DNA of 64,000 bases, from assembly GCA_963783575.1 (NCBI GenBank), contig CAWAOD010000013.1, positions 1 through 64,000 of the forward strand. Direction: 5' to 3'. Under the pieces are notes generated by a model. It saw nothing but the letters and a program-made list of their open reading frames with translations. It did no database searches and was not told the origin of the DNA. The number at the start of each line of letters is the position of its first letter. Position 1 is the first letter of the stretch. Of the stretch, positions 1 through 14,165 are shown one piece after another. The position numbers and the translations under genes were made by a program. Source of the stretch: an uncultured Spirochaetota bacterium (GTDB lineage: Bacteria; Spirochaetota; Brevinematia; Brevinematales; JAOACQ01).

Positions 1-92
1 AATTTTATAAATGTGGTTAAAGTATACGCCTTCTTGCGAAAAAAGAATGGAGAGTTTAAAATAATCGGTATTGTTTTTTTCAGGAGAAACCG

Positions 93-1061
93 ATGGATGA
101 AGAGATAAAAAGATTGACCGAAGAAGCTGTTGAACAGGTTAAAATTGTTGAAAAAATAAAGGATGAGTTTGGGAAGGTTATTGTAGGTCAGGAAAATCTT
201 CTTAATAAAATGATTTCAGCATTAATTTCAGGAGGTCATCTTTTACTTGAAGGAGTTCCCGGTTTAGCCAAGACATTATCGATTAAAACATTAGCGCAAA
301 TTCTTGAGCTTGACTTTAAAAGAATACAGTTTACACCCGATATGCTTCCGGCAGATATACGCGGGACTTTGATCTATAACCAGCATAATGGGAGCTTTGA
401 AGTAAAGAAGGGCCCGATTTTTACAAACTTCGTTCTTGCCGATGAAATTAACCGTGCTCCTTCAAAAGTTCAATCGGCGCTTCTTGAATCAATGCAGGAA
501 AAAACGGCAACTATCGGTGAAACAACATATCAAATTCCCGATCCGTTTTTTGTAATGGCAACACAAAACCCCATTGAGCAGGAGGGAACATATCCATTAC
601 CGGAAGCCCAGATGGATAGGTTTTATATGAAGGTATTTGTTGATTATCCGAACAAAAAAGAGGAGAAACGGGTAGTTCACAGAATGAGCGGTTTAACCTA
701 TCCGGAACCGAAAGCCGCAGCCACAAAAGAAGAAATTTTAGCTCTTCAAAAATTTGTCGAAAAGATATATGTTGATGAAAAGATATATGATTATGCCGTA
801 AATATCGTTTTTGCAACCAGGAATTATGAGAAAGGGCATGTCAAGTATGGAGCTTCCCCAAGAGCTTCAATCAATTTCATTAAAGCTGCAAGAGCCGAGG
901 CCTTTTTTGACGGACGAGGGTATGTCATTCCTGAAGACATAAAGGCCGTGGCTTATGAAATTCTCCGTCACAGGATTATTCTCAGTTTTGAGGCCGAAGC
1001 CGAAGGAATAACGACAGATAAAGTCGTTGAACAAATTTTAAATACTGTTGAAATACCATAA
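93..1061 (+). CDS. moxR: MoxR-family AAA+ ATPase
   Basis: Walker A GVPGLAKT, RIQFTPDMLPAD, Walker B LADEINRA, ATQNPIEQEGTYPLPEAQMDRF, GASPRA motifs. Confidence 0.93.
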   Translation: MDEEIKRLTEEAVEQVKIVEKIKDEFGKVIVGQENLLNKMISALISGGHLLLEGVPGLAKTLSIKTLAQILELDFKRIQFTPDMLPADIRGTLIYNQHNGSFEVKKGPIFTNFVLADEINRAPSKVQSALLESMQEKTATIGETTYQIPDPFFVMATQNPIEQEGTYPLPEAQMDRFYMKVFVDYPNKKEEKRVVHRMSGLTYPEPKAAATKEEILALQKFVEKIYVDEKIYDYAVNIVFATRNYEKGHVKYGASPRASINFIKAARAEAFFDGRGYVIPEDIKAVAYEILRHRIILSFEAEAEGITTDKVVEQILNTVEIP

Positions 1062-1253
1062 ATTTTTGATAAACCTTTGAGTCATCGTTTTCCTCTAATT
1101 GATAAATCGAATTATTTAGTTAGAAAATCTGGAAAAATTTCTGATAAAAATACAGCAGAGTTTGCTGTGAATTTAACTTGGGTCAAGCGGCACGCTTGTC
1201 TTAATTCAATATTTATTTAAAATTAACTATAAAAAAATATTTCTTGCAAAAAA

Positions 1254-1282
1254 TTGACTAAGAAAATGGCTCATGCTATAAT
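1254..1282 (+). promoter_or_regulatory. sigma70 promoter of rRNA operon
   Basis: TTGACT-17 nt-TATAAT with extended -10 TG, about 140 nt upstream of 16S. Confidence 0.75.
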
Positions 1283-1423
1283 CTTCCTCGCCTGTAGAGA
1301 TTCAGGTAGATGAAATTATGTAATAGAACTAAGGTGAGTGTTCAGTGAAAAAGAAAAATCCAGCGAATACGAAGGAATTCGTATTCAGCTGAATCAGGTC
1401 AAATCTAAAGGTATAAGATATTT

Positions 1424-2956
<1,533 letters not shown>

Positions 2957-2986
2957 ATAGGGAGAAAATAATGTGGTAGTAGAGTA

Positions 2987-3014
2987 GTAGAGACACAAGA
3001 GATTGTGTCTCTAC
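2987..3014. repeat. GTAG-type REP-like palindrome in ITS
   Basis: GTAGAGACACAA-gaga-TTGTGTCTCTAC, perfect 12-bp inverted repeat. Confidence 0.6.
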
Positions 3015-3061
3015 GAAAGCCACACAAAAAGTCTGAACACTCATCTTTTATATATAAGTTA

Positions 3062-3135
3062 ATTAGTCAGTTAGTTTGCCAGTCGGATAGTCGTAGATGA
3101 CTGAAAGGCTGGCTGACTAACCGACTAATCGACTG
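3062..3135. repeat. octamer (TTAGTCRG)-based inverted-repeat element, copy 1
   Basis: ATTAGTCAGTTAGT...GACTAACCGACTAAT; related copies at about 12894 and 59075. Confidence 0.6.
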
Positions 3136-3140
3136 TATTG

Positions 3141-3214
3141 GGGTGTATAGCTCAGTTGGTTAGAGCGCAGCCCTGATAAGGCTGAGGTCGGTGGTTCGAA
3201 ACCACCTACACCCA
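3141..3214 (+). tRNA. tRNA-Ile(GAT)
   Basis: cloverleaf GGGTGTA..TACACCCA, anticodon loop CTGATAA, TTCGA T-loop; CCA not encoded. Confidence 0.96.
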
Positions 3215-3219
3215 TGTGC

Positions 3220-3292
3220 GGGGATATAGCTCAGCTGGGAGAGCGCCTGCCTTGCAAGCAGGATGTCAGGGGTTCGATTCCCCTTATCTCCA
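3220..3292 (+). tRNA. tRNA-Ala(TGC)
   Basis: GGGGATA..TATCTCCA acceptor with G3:U70, anticodon loop TTTGCAA-type (CTTGCAA). Confidence 0.96.
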
Positions 3293-3519
3293 GAACATCG
3301 TGTTCTTCGGCAAATCAGAGATTTGCCATAGTTTAAGTAAAAGGGAAGATATCATGGAACATCCTGTTCCCATTGTTTAAACGTATGGTAGAAAGGATAT
3401 TTCAAATAAATGTTTTTATTTAAGATAAAAGTAGTGGAGAATTCGTTCAGAATTCTCCTAAATTCAAAAAGCTTTGCGAAGCAAAGCGCATTTGAATAAG
3501 GTTATAGGAATAAGGTAAG

Positions 3520-6437
<2,918 letters not shown>

Positions 6438-6462
6438 TCTTTCCTTATTCCAGACAAGGGAG

Positions 6463-6486
6463 GACAAGGGGTTTAAACCCCTTGTC
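6463..6486. repeat. 24-bp perfect palindrome in 23S-5S spacer
   Basis: GACAAGGGGTTTAAACCCCTTGTC. Confidence 0.6.
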
Positions 6487-6508
6487 GTTTACCTTGCCGT
6501 CTTTTTTT

Positions 6509-6615
6509 GCCTGATGACCATAGCGAAGGTGTTACACCCGGTCCCATTCCGAACCCGGAAGTTAAGCCCTTCGTCGCCGATGATACTCGCAAGGGGAAAG
6601 TAGGTGTCGTCAGGC
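6509..6615 (+). rRNA. rrf: 5S rRNA (short helix IV)
   Basis: GCCTGATGAC..CCCATTCCGAAC..GTTAAG..GTAGG..GTCAGGC. Confidence 0.93.
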
Positions 6616-6639
6616 TTTTTTTTTGGTATAGGTGAAAAT

Positions 6640-6711
6640 GCGGGTGTAACTCAGAGGTAGAGTGTTAGCTTCCCAAGCTGAAAGTCGCGGGTTCAAATCC
6701 CGTCGCCCGCT
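6640..6711 (+). tRNA. tRNA-Gly(CCC)
   Basis: GCGGGTG..CGCCCGCT acceptor, anticodon loop TTCCCAA, GTTCAAATC T-arm. Confidence 0.95.
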
Positions 6712-6717
6712 CATAAT

Positions 6718-6750
6718 GGCAGAGAGGATTTTTCTCTCTGCCTTTTTTTT
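6718..6750 (+). terminator. rho-independent terminator of rrn/tRNA-Gly transcript
   Basis: GGCAGAGAG..CTCTCTGCC hairpin followed by T8. Confidence 0.85.
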
Positions 6751-6848
6751 AGCAATTTAAGATTTTCTTTTTTTTAGTATTTCTGTTATAATCATAATAA
6801 ATATTGTCCAATCTAAAATATTTCAATAATATTAATGAGGTATTTTGA

Positions 6849-7952
6849 ATGCTGCATTTCTTATTATTTTCATTAAAATCAAAATTCATATTATTTAACT
6901 TACTCAGATATATAACATTCCGCTCACTTGCTGCTTTTATTACCGCTTTTCTTATCGGATTATTCATTGCACCTTATTTTATAAAAAAATTTAAAACTTT
7001 CGGTGTTAAGCAATCAATACGTGAAGAAGGACCGCAGTCGCACTTATTAAAATCAGGAACACCGACAATGGGCGGTATATTTATTATTATAGCGGCTATA
7101 ACTTCAATTATACTATGGACAATTTTTAATTATTATGTTTTTGTTGTAAGTCTTTCCATTTTATTATTTGCTTTAATAGGTTTTATGGATGATTTTTTAA
7201 AAATTAAATTTATGAATTCCAAAGGGATTGAGGCAAAGCTTAAATTTATTTTACAGATGCTGGCATCTTTTATTTTAATTACTATATTATATTTCAATCC
7301 AGCCAGACCGGATATATTCTGGTCATTTTATGTTCCCTTCATCGGAAAACCTGTATTTATCTGGCACCCTGCACTGGCATATGTATTTTATATGTTTGCA
7401 ATGATTTCATTTTCCAATGCAACGAATTTTTCGGATGGTCTTGACGGGCTTGCCTCAGGAATGGGTATAATTTTATATATTCCATTCGGTATTATCGCTT
7501 ATGTTATAGGAAACGCGATTACGGCGCAATATTTAAAGTATCCTTTTATAAACGGAACCGGGGAGCTGGCTGTGATTGTATCGGCGATGATCGGCGGATT
7601 TGCGGCGTTTTTATGGTATAATGTACATCCTGCCGATATTTTTATGGGCGATACGGGATCGCTTCCAATGGGGGGAGCGATAGCCGTAATAGCTATTATA
7701 TTAAAGCAGGAATTGCTTCTTGTAATAGCAGGCGGTATGTTCGTACTGGAAAATATTTCCGTAGTTATTCAGATCACTTATTTTAAATATACAAAGAAAA
7801 AGTACGGTGAAGGGAAACGCTTTTTCCTGATGGCCCCGATACATCACCATTTTGAAAAAAAGGGATGGAAAGAAATACAGGTAGTGATCCGGTTCTGGAT
7901 TTTATCGGCATTATGCGCTCTTGCGGCATTATCAACCTTAAAGATTAGATGA
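6849..7952 (+). CDS. mraY: phospho-N-acetylmuramoyl-pentapeptide transferase
   Basis: KSGTPTMGG, MDD, NFSDGLDGLA, FMGDTGS, MAPIHHHFE motifs. Confidence 0.97.
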   Translation: MLHFLLFSLKSKFILFNLLRYITFRSLAAFITAFLIGLFIAPYFIKKFKTFGVKQSIREEGPQSHLLKSGTPTMGGIFIIIAAITSIILWTIFNYYVFVVSLSILLFALIGFMDDFLKIKFMNSKGIEAKLKFILQMLASFILITILYFNPARPDIFWSFYVPFIGKPVFIWHPALAYVFYMFAMISFSNATNFSDGLDGLASGMGIILYIPFGIIAYVIGNAITAQYLKYPFINGTGELAVIVSAMIGGFAAFLWYNVHPADIFMGDTGSLPMGGAIAVIAIILKQELLLVIAGGMFVLENISVVIQITYFKYTKKKYGEGKRFFLMAPIHHHFEKKGWKEIQVVIRFWILSALCALAALSTLKIR

Positions 7953-7962
7953 TGGAAACTAA

Positions 7963-8514
7963 ATGAATAAACTAAAACTGACGAAAGATCAAAAGAAAAT
8001 TCTGATTAATACCGTTCGTTCCTCAATCGAAGAGAAGCTTTTCGGGAAAAGTATAATTGACTGTTCCGGACTTGAAGATCCGGCTTTTTCAAAGCATTAC
8101 GGATTATTTGTAACAATAACTGCTGATGGTAATTTAAGAGGCTGCATCGGTTATATAGAAGGAATAAAACCTATTCGAGAAGCCGTGAAAGAAATGGCTA
8201 TTGAGGCGGCATTTCATGATCCGCGTTTTTTTCCATTGACAAAAGAAGAATATAAGCGGATTAAAATTGAAATTTCAATACTCTATCCGGCAGAAGAAAT
8301 TAAAGATATTAATGAAATTCAAGTCGGCCGTGACGGTATTATTCTTGAGAGAGGGTATCATCGCGGACTGCTTTTGCCGCAAGTCGCTATAGAATACGGA
8401 TGGAACCGGGAAGAATTTATAAATCAAACATGCCGGAAAGCCGGTCTTGAAAAAAACTGCTGGAAGAATGGCGCTAAAGTTTTTAAGTTTGAAGCTGAAA
8501 TTTTTAAAGAATAA
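7963..8514 (+). CDS. AMMECR1-domain protein (AmmeMemoRadiSam protein A)
   Basis: GLFVT..LRGCIG, DPRF, GLLLPQVA, CRKAGL motifs. Confidence 0.92.
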   Translation: MNKLKLTKDQKKILINTVRSSIEEKLFGKSIIDCSGLEDPAFSKHYGLFVTITADGNLRGCIGYIEGIKPIREAVKEMAIEAAFHDPRFFPLTKEEYKRIKIEISILYPAEEIKDINEIQVGRDGIILERGYHRGLLLPQVAIEYGWNREEFINQTCRKAGLEKNCWKNGAKVFKFEAEIFKE

Positions 8515-8537
8515 AAAATAATTACAAATGGTAAATT

Positions 8538-9341
8538 ATGAATAAAAATTATGTTCATGGTTATTCCGTGAGAGAATCATTCAGGTTATACGATCAGGCA
8601 AATACTCTAACCGATATTCTGCATTACGATACAACATTTCCGGCGGGAAGCCTTGTACTTGAAGCAGGATGCGGAGTCGGAGCGCAAACTGTCATCATAT
8701 CAAAGAAAAACCCCGATTCAAGGTTCATATCTATGGATATTTCTGTTGATTCTTTAAGGAATGCAAAAGAACTTATTCAAAATGAAAATATAAAAAATGT
8801 AGAGTTTCAAGCCGGAGATATTTTTAATATGACTTTTGCAGACAATTATTTCGATCATATTTTTGTCTGTTTTGTACTGGAGCATCTTCCGGAACCGGTA
8901 AAAGCACTTCAGGCTCTGATAAGGGTTCTAAAGAAAGGCGGATCAATAACCGTAATTGAAGGAGACCACGGTTCCTGCTATTTTCATCCGGATAGTGAGT
9001 ATGCCCATAGGGCAATAAAGTGCCTTGTTGATATTCAGGTGTCTATGAAGGGAAATGCACTTATCGGGCGGGAACTGTATCCTTTACTGGTAAAATCGGG
9101 ATATCAAAACGTACATATCTCACCAAGAATGGTTTATGTCGATTCAAGCCGCCCGGGACTTGTCGATGGCTTTACCAAAAATACCTTTACAGCCATGGTT
9201 GAAGGTGTTAAGGAACAGGCTTTATCTCAAAATTTAATTGACGAAAATTCATGGGACAAAGGTATCGCCGATCTATACCGCACAGCCGGTCCCGATGGCG
9301 TATTTTGTTACACATTCTTTAAAGGGGTCGCAGTTAAATAA
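8538..9341 (+). CDS. class I SAM-dependent methyltransferase
   Basis: VLEAGCGVG motif I, FDHIFVCFVLEHL, LKKGG. Confidence 0.88.
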   Translation: MNKNYVHGYSVRESFRLYDQANTLTDILHYDTTFPAGSLVLEAGCGVGAQTVIISKKNPDSRFISMDISVDSLRNAKELIQNENIKNVEFQAGDIFNMTFADNYFDHIFVCFVLEHLPEPVKALQALIRVLKKGGSITVIEGDHGSCYFHPDSEYAHRAIKCLVDIQVSMKGNALIGRELYPLLVKSGYQNVHISPRMVYVDSSRPGLVDGFTKNTFTAMVEGVKEQALSQNLIDENSWDKGIADLYRTAGPDGVFCYTFFKGVAVK

Positions 9342-9478
9342 ATGATTATCACTCATTTATATTTTATTGCCAATATAATTATGGAAGAAAGATAATAACT
9401 TCATCTATTTTAAAACAGGTACTAAGTATGGGATTTAGAAGCGGTCATATAAATACATTCAAATATACAAGAAGCCGG

Positions 9479-10201
9479 TTATTCCGTCAGCATCGGAAGA
9501 TTTAAAACCTTTGCTTTTTTACCAAGGAATTTCTGAATTGTTTCCGCATCCTTTTTTGTGAGTTTTGTAGGATAATAATGCATAGGTATGACAAATTTAG
9601 CACCGGTATCCAGTGCGCTTTTCTCCAGGGCTTCTATGTTAGTACTGTTATCCATCGGATATAACATACCTATCAGGATATCACACTTAATATTTTTCAT
9701 CTCCGGTATATTTCCCGATGCTCCGGTATGATAAATCCTGACGCCGTCTATTGTGATAACATAGCCGTTATAATTGCTGCTTTTTGGATGATCTTCTTTA
9801 TATGCCGGGACTGCTTCAATAAGAATGCCTTTAATGTTGGTAGTTATACCAGGCCTCATAACAACAGCTTGATAAAAAAGCTTTGCCGATACGGCGGCAT
9901 CTTCTGAAACCACAACAATAGTTGAAGCATTGGTAAGCATATTAATATCAGCACTGGAATAATGATCAGGATGGGAATGTGTAATAAGGATTAAATCGGC
10001 CTTTGCATAATTCTGCCGACTGTCAATTTGAATAGGATCAAAATAAACGGTTTTGCCTCCGGATTGGATCTGAAAACCTGCATTAGCTATCCATTTAATT
10101 CCTTTGACCATTTCATCCGATGTCAAATTTTCCGGATACAAAGTACCAAGCAAACAGAAAGCAAACAAAACCGGTAACAAACATTTTACAATAGATTTCA
10201 T
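9479..10201 (-). CDS. secreted MBL-fold metallo-hydrolase (UlaG/RomA-like)
   Basis: ITHSHPDH, IYHTG, IPMHY; N-terminal signal peptide; start chosen after GGAGG. Confidence 0.8.
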   Translation of the reverse strand: MKSIVKCLLPVLFAFCLLGTLYPENLTSDEMVKGIKWIANAGFQIQSGGKTVYFDPIQIDSRQNYAKADLILITHSHPDHYSSADINMLTNASTIVVVSEDAAVSAKLFYQAVVMRPGITTNIKGILIEAVPAYKEDHPKSSNYNGYVITIDGVRIYHTGASGNIPEMKNIKCDILIGMLYPMDNSTNIEALEKSALDTGAKFVIPMHYYPTKLTKKDAETIQKFLGKKAKVLNLPMLTE

Positions 10202-10451
10202 ATTTTTATCCTCCATATTTGATTGCGTATTGTCAAAAATAGGGGGGCAGTCCCGGTTTTTTAAATAATCCGAAACTGCCTATGTATAAGTATTAATTAT
10301 AATATGATATAATTTTTAGGTAATGAAAACAATAGTCCATTCGGCTCAAATTTTGAACTTTAAGCGGCAGGAATTGTTTTTATAAAAAATTTTAATAATT
10401 TATCTAAAACAGTTATAATAATACTGAAACAAACAAAAAAGGAGCGATAAA

Positions 10452-11525
10452 ATGAGTATTCAAAAATCTTTATTCGGAAAAATGAAAGACGGGAAGGAAG
10501 TTTATTTGTTTACAATAATTAATAAACATGGAATGACTGTAAAAATAACAAATTATGGTGGAATTGTCACATATCTGATGGTTCCCGATAAAAAGGGAAC
10601 TATGGCTGATGTGGTCCTGGGATTTGATACCCTTGAAGAGTATCTTGCAGGGCATCCGTATTTCGGCGCTTTAGTAGGAAGATACGGGAACCGCATAGCC
10701 AAGGGTAAATTTACATTAAATGGCAAGGAATATATTCTGGCAAAAAATGACGGTGAAAATCATCTTCATGGTGGTATTAAGGGTTTTGATAAGGTTATCT
10801 GGGACGCAGAAGAAATCCGGAGCAATGACGGTGAAGGCATTAAGCTTTCTTATCTATCTAAAGATGGGGAGGAAGGATATCCGGGGAATCTTGCATGTGT
10901 TGTAAAATATCTTTTAACCGGCAGGAATGAATTATCAATAGATTACGAGGCGAAAACTGATAAACCGACAGTAGTGAATCTTACGCATCACAGCTACTTT
11001 AACCTCGCAGGGGCAGGAAATGGCGATATTTTAGGACATGAATTGACTATCAATTCAGATAAATACACTGCCGTCGGAGAGGGACTGATCCCGACAGGGG
11101 AATTTAGGAAACTTGCCGGTACACCTCTTGATTTTTTAAAATATCATTTGATCGGTGAAAGGATCGGTGATGTTTCGGGCGGTTATGATCATAATTATAT
11201 CTTAAAGAAAAAAGGAAATAAATTAGCTATAGCTAATAAATTAGCTATAGCTAATAAATTAGCTTTTGCCGCAAGAGTCAGGGAACCGGGCAGCGGCAGG
11301 ATTATGGAAGTTTTTACAACGGAACCGGGTATTCAGTTTTACTCTGGAAATTTTCTGACAGATAATATGAAAGGTAAAGATAAGCAATATTATAAAAAGC
11401 ATGGCGGTTTATGTCTTGAGGCTCAGCATTTTCCGGATTCGCCTAACCATGAGAATTTTATTGCAACAACCCTGAATCCAGGTGAAACCTACCGGCAGAC
11501 TACGGTTTACAAGTTCATCCGTTAA
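10452..11525 (+). CDS. galM: aldose 1-epimerase (galactose mutarotase)
   Basis: GRYGNRI, HLHGG, GYPGNL, NLTHHSYFNL, YDHNY, CLEAQHFPD. Confidence 0.95.
   Translation: MSIQKSLFGKMKDGKEVYLFTIINKHGMTVKITNYGGIVTYLMVPDKKGTMADVVLGFDTLEEYLAGHPYFGALVGRYGNRIAKGKFTLNGKEYILAKNDGENHLHGGIKGFDKVIWDAEEIRSNDGEGIKLSYLSKDGEEGYPGNLACVVKYLLTGRNELSIDYEAKTDKPTVVNLTHHSYFNLAGAGNGDILGHELTINSDKYTAVGEGLIPTGEFRKLAGTPLDFLKYHLIGERIGDVSGGYDHNYILKKKGNKLAIANKLAIANKLAFAARVREPGSGRIMEVFTTEPGIQFYSGNFLTDNMKGKDKQYYKKHGGLCLEAQHFPDSPNHENFIATTLNPGETYRQTTVYKFIR
11217..11264 (+). repeat. 18-bp in-frame tandem repeat (NKLAIA x2.7) in galM
   Basis: AATAAATTAGCTATAGCT x2 plus AATAAATTAGCT. Confidence 0.9.
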
Positions 11526-11528
11526 AAG

Positions 11529-11984
11529 TCAGTTAATATTCTTAAATTCAAATGCTGTAATTAGAATCAATACAAAGAAGAGAACATAATAAATTGCGTT
11601 CAGTAAACCTGTGAAAAGATTAAACCCCAGGCAATTGAATATTAAAATGGGGAAGCAGAATCCGCTTATGCCGATAAGAAGATACGCGGCTAATCTGACA
11701 AATATATTTTTACTGTCAATAAATAGCGATATTGCTGTAAATATAAAAAATGTTATTTCAAAAAGACTGAAAAAGTTAAAGAGGTTTAATAAGCCGCATA
11801 AAATAATCAGACAAAGATTAATAATAGTTAAGATGTCTTTTTTATTTTTTTGCTTGTATAAAAATGACAGTAATATCAACCCATAACCAAGAAGCGAATA
11901 AATAAAAGTATATTTGCCGTTATTAAGGTTAAATGGGGATAGTGCGAGAATTATACCGATTAAAAAACCAATTTTCCAGCTCAC
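11529..11984 (-). CDS. hypothetical membrane protein
   Basis: very hydrophobic 151-aa ORF overlapping the pyrK stop (GTGA coupling). Confidence 0.65.
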   Translation of the reverse strand: MSWKIGFLIGIILALSPFNLNNGKYTFIYSLLGYGLILLSFLYKQKNKKDILTIINLCLIILCGLLNLFNFFSLFEITFFIFTAISLFIDSKNIFVRLAAYLLIGISGFCFPILIFNCLGFNLFTGLLNAIYYVLFFVLILITAFEFKNIN

Positions 11985-12724
11985 AATTTTACCTCATTCC
12001 ATCTAAAAACCGGCCCATCTTTACAGACCAGCTTGTAATCGCCTTCAGTATTTTCAATTACACAGCCTTTACATGCTCCTATACCGCATCCCATGATCGT
12101 TTCGACTGAATAATAAGCCGCCGCTGACGGGCAGTTTTTTAATAATTTACTTATAGCATGGAGCATCGGATTTGGGCCGCATGCAAAAACAGTATATTCT
12201 GAAAGGTCGTATTGTGCCAGTAAATCTATGACTGTCCCTTTTTTTCCGATACTTCCGTCTTCTGTTGCCGTTTGAATATTGCAATATTTTTCGAATTCAA
12301 CCAGTTCAGGCAGAAAATCCATATTTTTTATTCCTAAAAGTAGGGTTGAACCGGGATATTGCTTTGATAAAAAAAGGAAGGGGGCTATTCCTATTCCACC
12401 TGCCGCAAACAACACTTTTCTATCCACTTCAGGAAATCCATTTCCCAGAGGGCCGATGATGTTTAAAAAATCGCCCGGTTGTTTTAATAATAAATTATTT
12501 GTTCCTAATCCTTTGATAAGGATCATTAATGTAAGCAGATCACCGTACACATCTGAAATTCCAATAGGCCTTCTCAAAAGGGGGCTGAAAGAATCGTTTG
12601 TACGGATATTAACAAACTGTCCGGGTTTTGAATATTGAGCGATATTTTTTGTCCTTACTTTTAATACCAGATAATTGTTATATATTTTTTTATAAATAAC
12701 AGGGCAATATTCCTTATATTTCAA
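11981..12724 (-). CDS. pyrK: dihydroorotate dehydrogenase electron transfer subunit
   Basis: KPGQF, LRRPIGI, AGGIGIAP, CGPNPM, MGCGIGACKGC..VCKDGPVF 2Fe-2S motif. Confidence 0.92.
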   Translation of the reverse strand: MKYKEYCPVIYKKIYNNYLVLKVRTKNIAQYSKPGQFVNIRTNDSFSPLLRRPIGISDVYGDLLTLMILIKGLGTNNLLLKQPGDFLNIIGPLGNGFPEVDRKVLFAAGGIGIAPFLFLSKQYPGSTLLLGIKNMDFLPELVEFEKYCNIQTATEDGSIGKKGTVIDLLAQYDLSEYTVFACGPNPMLHAISKLLKNCPSAAAYYSVETIMGCGIGACKGCVIENTEGDYKLVCKDGPVFRWNEVKL

Positions 12725-12893
12725 CCATTTTCTCCCGATTCTATAAAGCGGTTTTTATTCAAAATCATGATTTTATTAAAGAATTCGCCTCATATAAAAT
12801 CTTAAATAATTTAACATAAATTTTAAGGGTTTGATTATTTTTAATTGGAAATATCATAAAGTAATTAATTCCGATTGTCAAAGATAGATCGTA

Positions 12894-13045
12894 TTAGTCG
12901 GTTAGTCTGTTAGTTGGTTAGTTCATTAGTAATTATGCCGAAAAGAATATTTTAATATCATGTTGTTAATAAATCTGAAATTATATTCAATTCCCGGCCA
13001 GTTGACCGACAGATTAGCTAACTGATCTACTGATTGATTGACTGA
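12894..13045. repeat. octamer (TTAGTCRG)-based element, copy 2
   Basis: TTAGTCGG TTAGTCTG TTAGTTGG TTAGTTCA TTAGT, then a degenerate complementary tract at about 13000-13045. Confidence 0.6.
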
Positions 13046-13099
13046 TAAAATATTGTGTAAAAATATCTTTTCTTGTAAAATAGTAATAGAGGCAGAAAG

Positions 13100-13744
13100 G
13101 TGAATATCAAACTGATATCAATTACCGAAAGTCCGGAGAAGCATATAGAATATTGTGCCAGAATATCTAAAGGTGATGCTAATAATATAATCACAGATTT
13201 TCAAAATCAATTTTTACAGGATTTCCTGATGAATGGGCACCTTTCAGTTTTCGAGCATGCCTGGGCATCGTTTTTAATTGAAGGTATTTCAAGGGCTTGC
13301 TCACACCAGCTTGTCAGGCAAAGAATCGCGAGCTTTACTCAGAGATCGCAAAGATATGTAAAGGAAGAAAAATTTAATTATACCATACCACCGGAAATAC
13401 AGAAAAATCCCGAAACAATTGAGGTTTATCAGGAAGCCATGATGAGGGTTCAGGAATCTTATAATCTTCTGATTGGCCTCGGTATAAATAAGGAAGATGC
13501 CCGCTTTTTACTCCCCAATGCAATTCATACTGCTTTGACAATGACAGCAAATTTTCGTGAGTGGCTGCATATTATCGATATAAGGGTTAGCCGGGATTCT
13601 CAATGGGAAATCAGAGATTTATCAATATTAATCTGGAAGGAACTTTACCATGCCGCTCCAGCTGTCTTTGATATGTGTTATTTTCAGCAATGGGGCTGTG
13701 ATTCGGATTTTAAAAATGAAATCTTCCATGAGCGCATATGTTAA
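13100..13744 (+). CDS. thyX: FAD-dependent thymidylate synthase
   Basis: GHLSVFEH, ISRACSHQLVRQRIASFTQRSQRY (RHR motif reads RQR), EDARFLLP, NFREW, SQWEIR. Confidence 0.88.
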   Translation: MNIKLISITESPEKHIEYCARISKGDANNIITDFQNQFLQDFLMNGHLSVFEHAWASFLIEGISRACSHQLVRQRIASFTQRSQRYVKEEKFNYTIPPEIQKNPETIEVYQEAMMRVQESYNLLIGLGINKEDARFLLPNAIHTALTMTANFREWLHIIDIRVSRDSQWEIRDLSILIWKELYHAAPAVFDMCYFQQWGCDSDFKNEIFHERIC

Positions 13745-13778
13745 TAATATCTAACTAAAAACCGAAGAAGGTATTAAA

Positions 13779-14129
13779 ATGAAAAAAGTTGATATTCAGC
13801 GTGTAAAAGGCATTAATGTAATCAAACCTATGGGTGAGATGACATTTTTTTATCTTGAAGAATTGGATAGTTTTCTCAGAGAACAGGTAAAAAACAATAG
13901 TTATAAATTTATTTATGATATGACTGCTGTAACCTGGATCGATTCTATCGGGTTAGGGCTTCTGGCTTTTACGGTTAAGTTTGCAATTCTTAATAATCTT
14001 AAAGTCTGCCTTATTAATCCGAAAGAAAATATACGGCAACTGCTTAAATTGTGTTCACTGGCAAATATTGTTATGTTTATGGATAATATAGACCAGGCTA
14101 TTGAATATTTTGAAAAGCAAGATAAATAG
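13779..14129 (+). CDS. STAS-domain anti-sigma factor antagonist
   Basis: DMTAVTWIDSIGLG with phosphorylatable Ser; 116 aa. Confidence 0.85.
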   Translation: MKKVDIQRVKGINVIKPMGEMTFFYLEELDSFLREQVKNNSYKFIYDMTAVTWIDSIGLGLLAFTVKFAILNNLKVCLINPKENIRQLLKLCSLANIVMFMDNIDQAIEYFEKQDK

Positions 14130-14165
14130 ATAATTTATGCCGGTATATCCGGTAGTTTATTGTAT

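Noticed and set aside
93..1061. Orphan MoxR lacking DUF58/vWA partners
   Set aside because: The gene is at the window edge and partners may lie upstream or elsewhere; not assessable.
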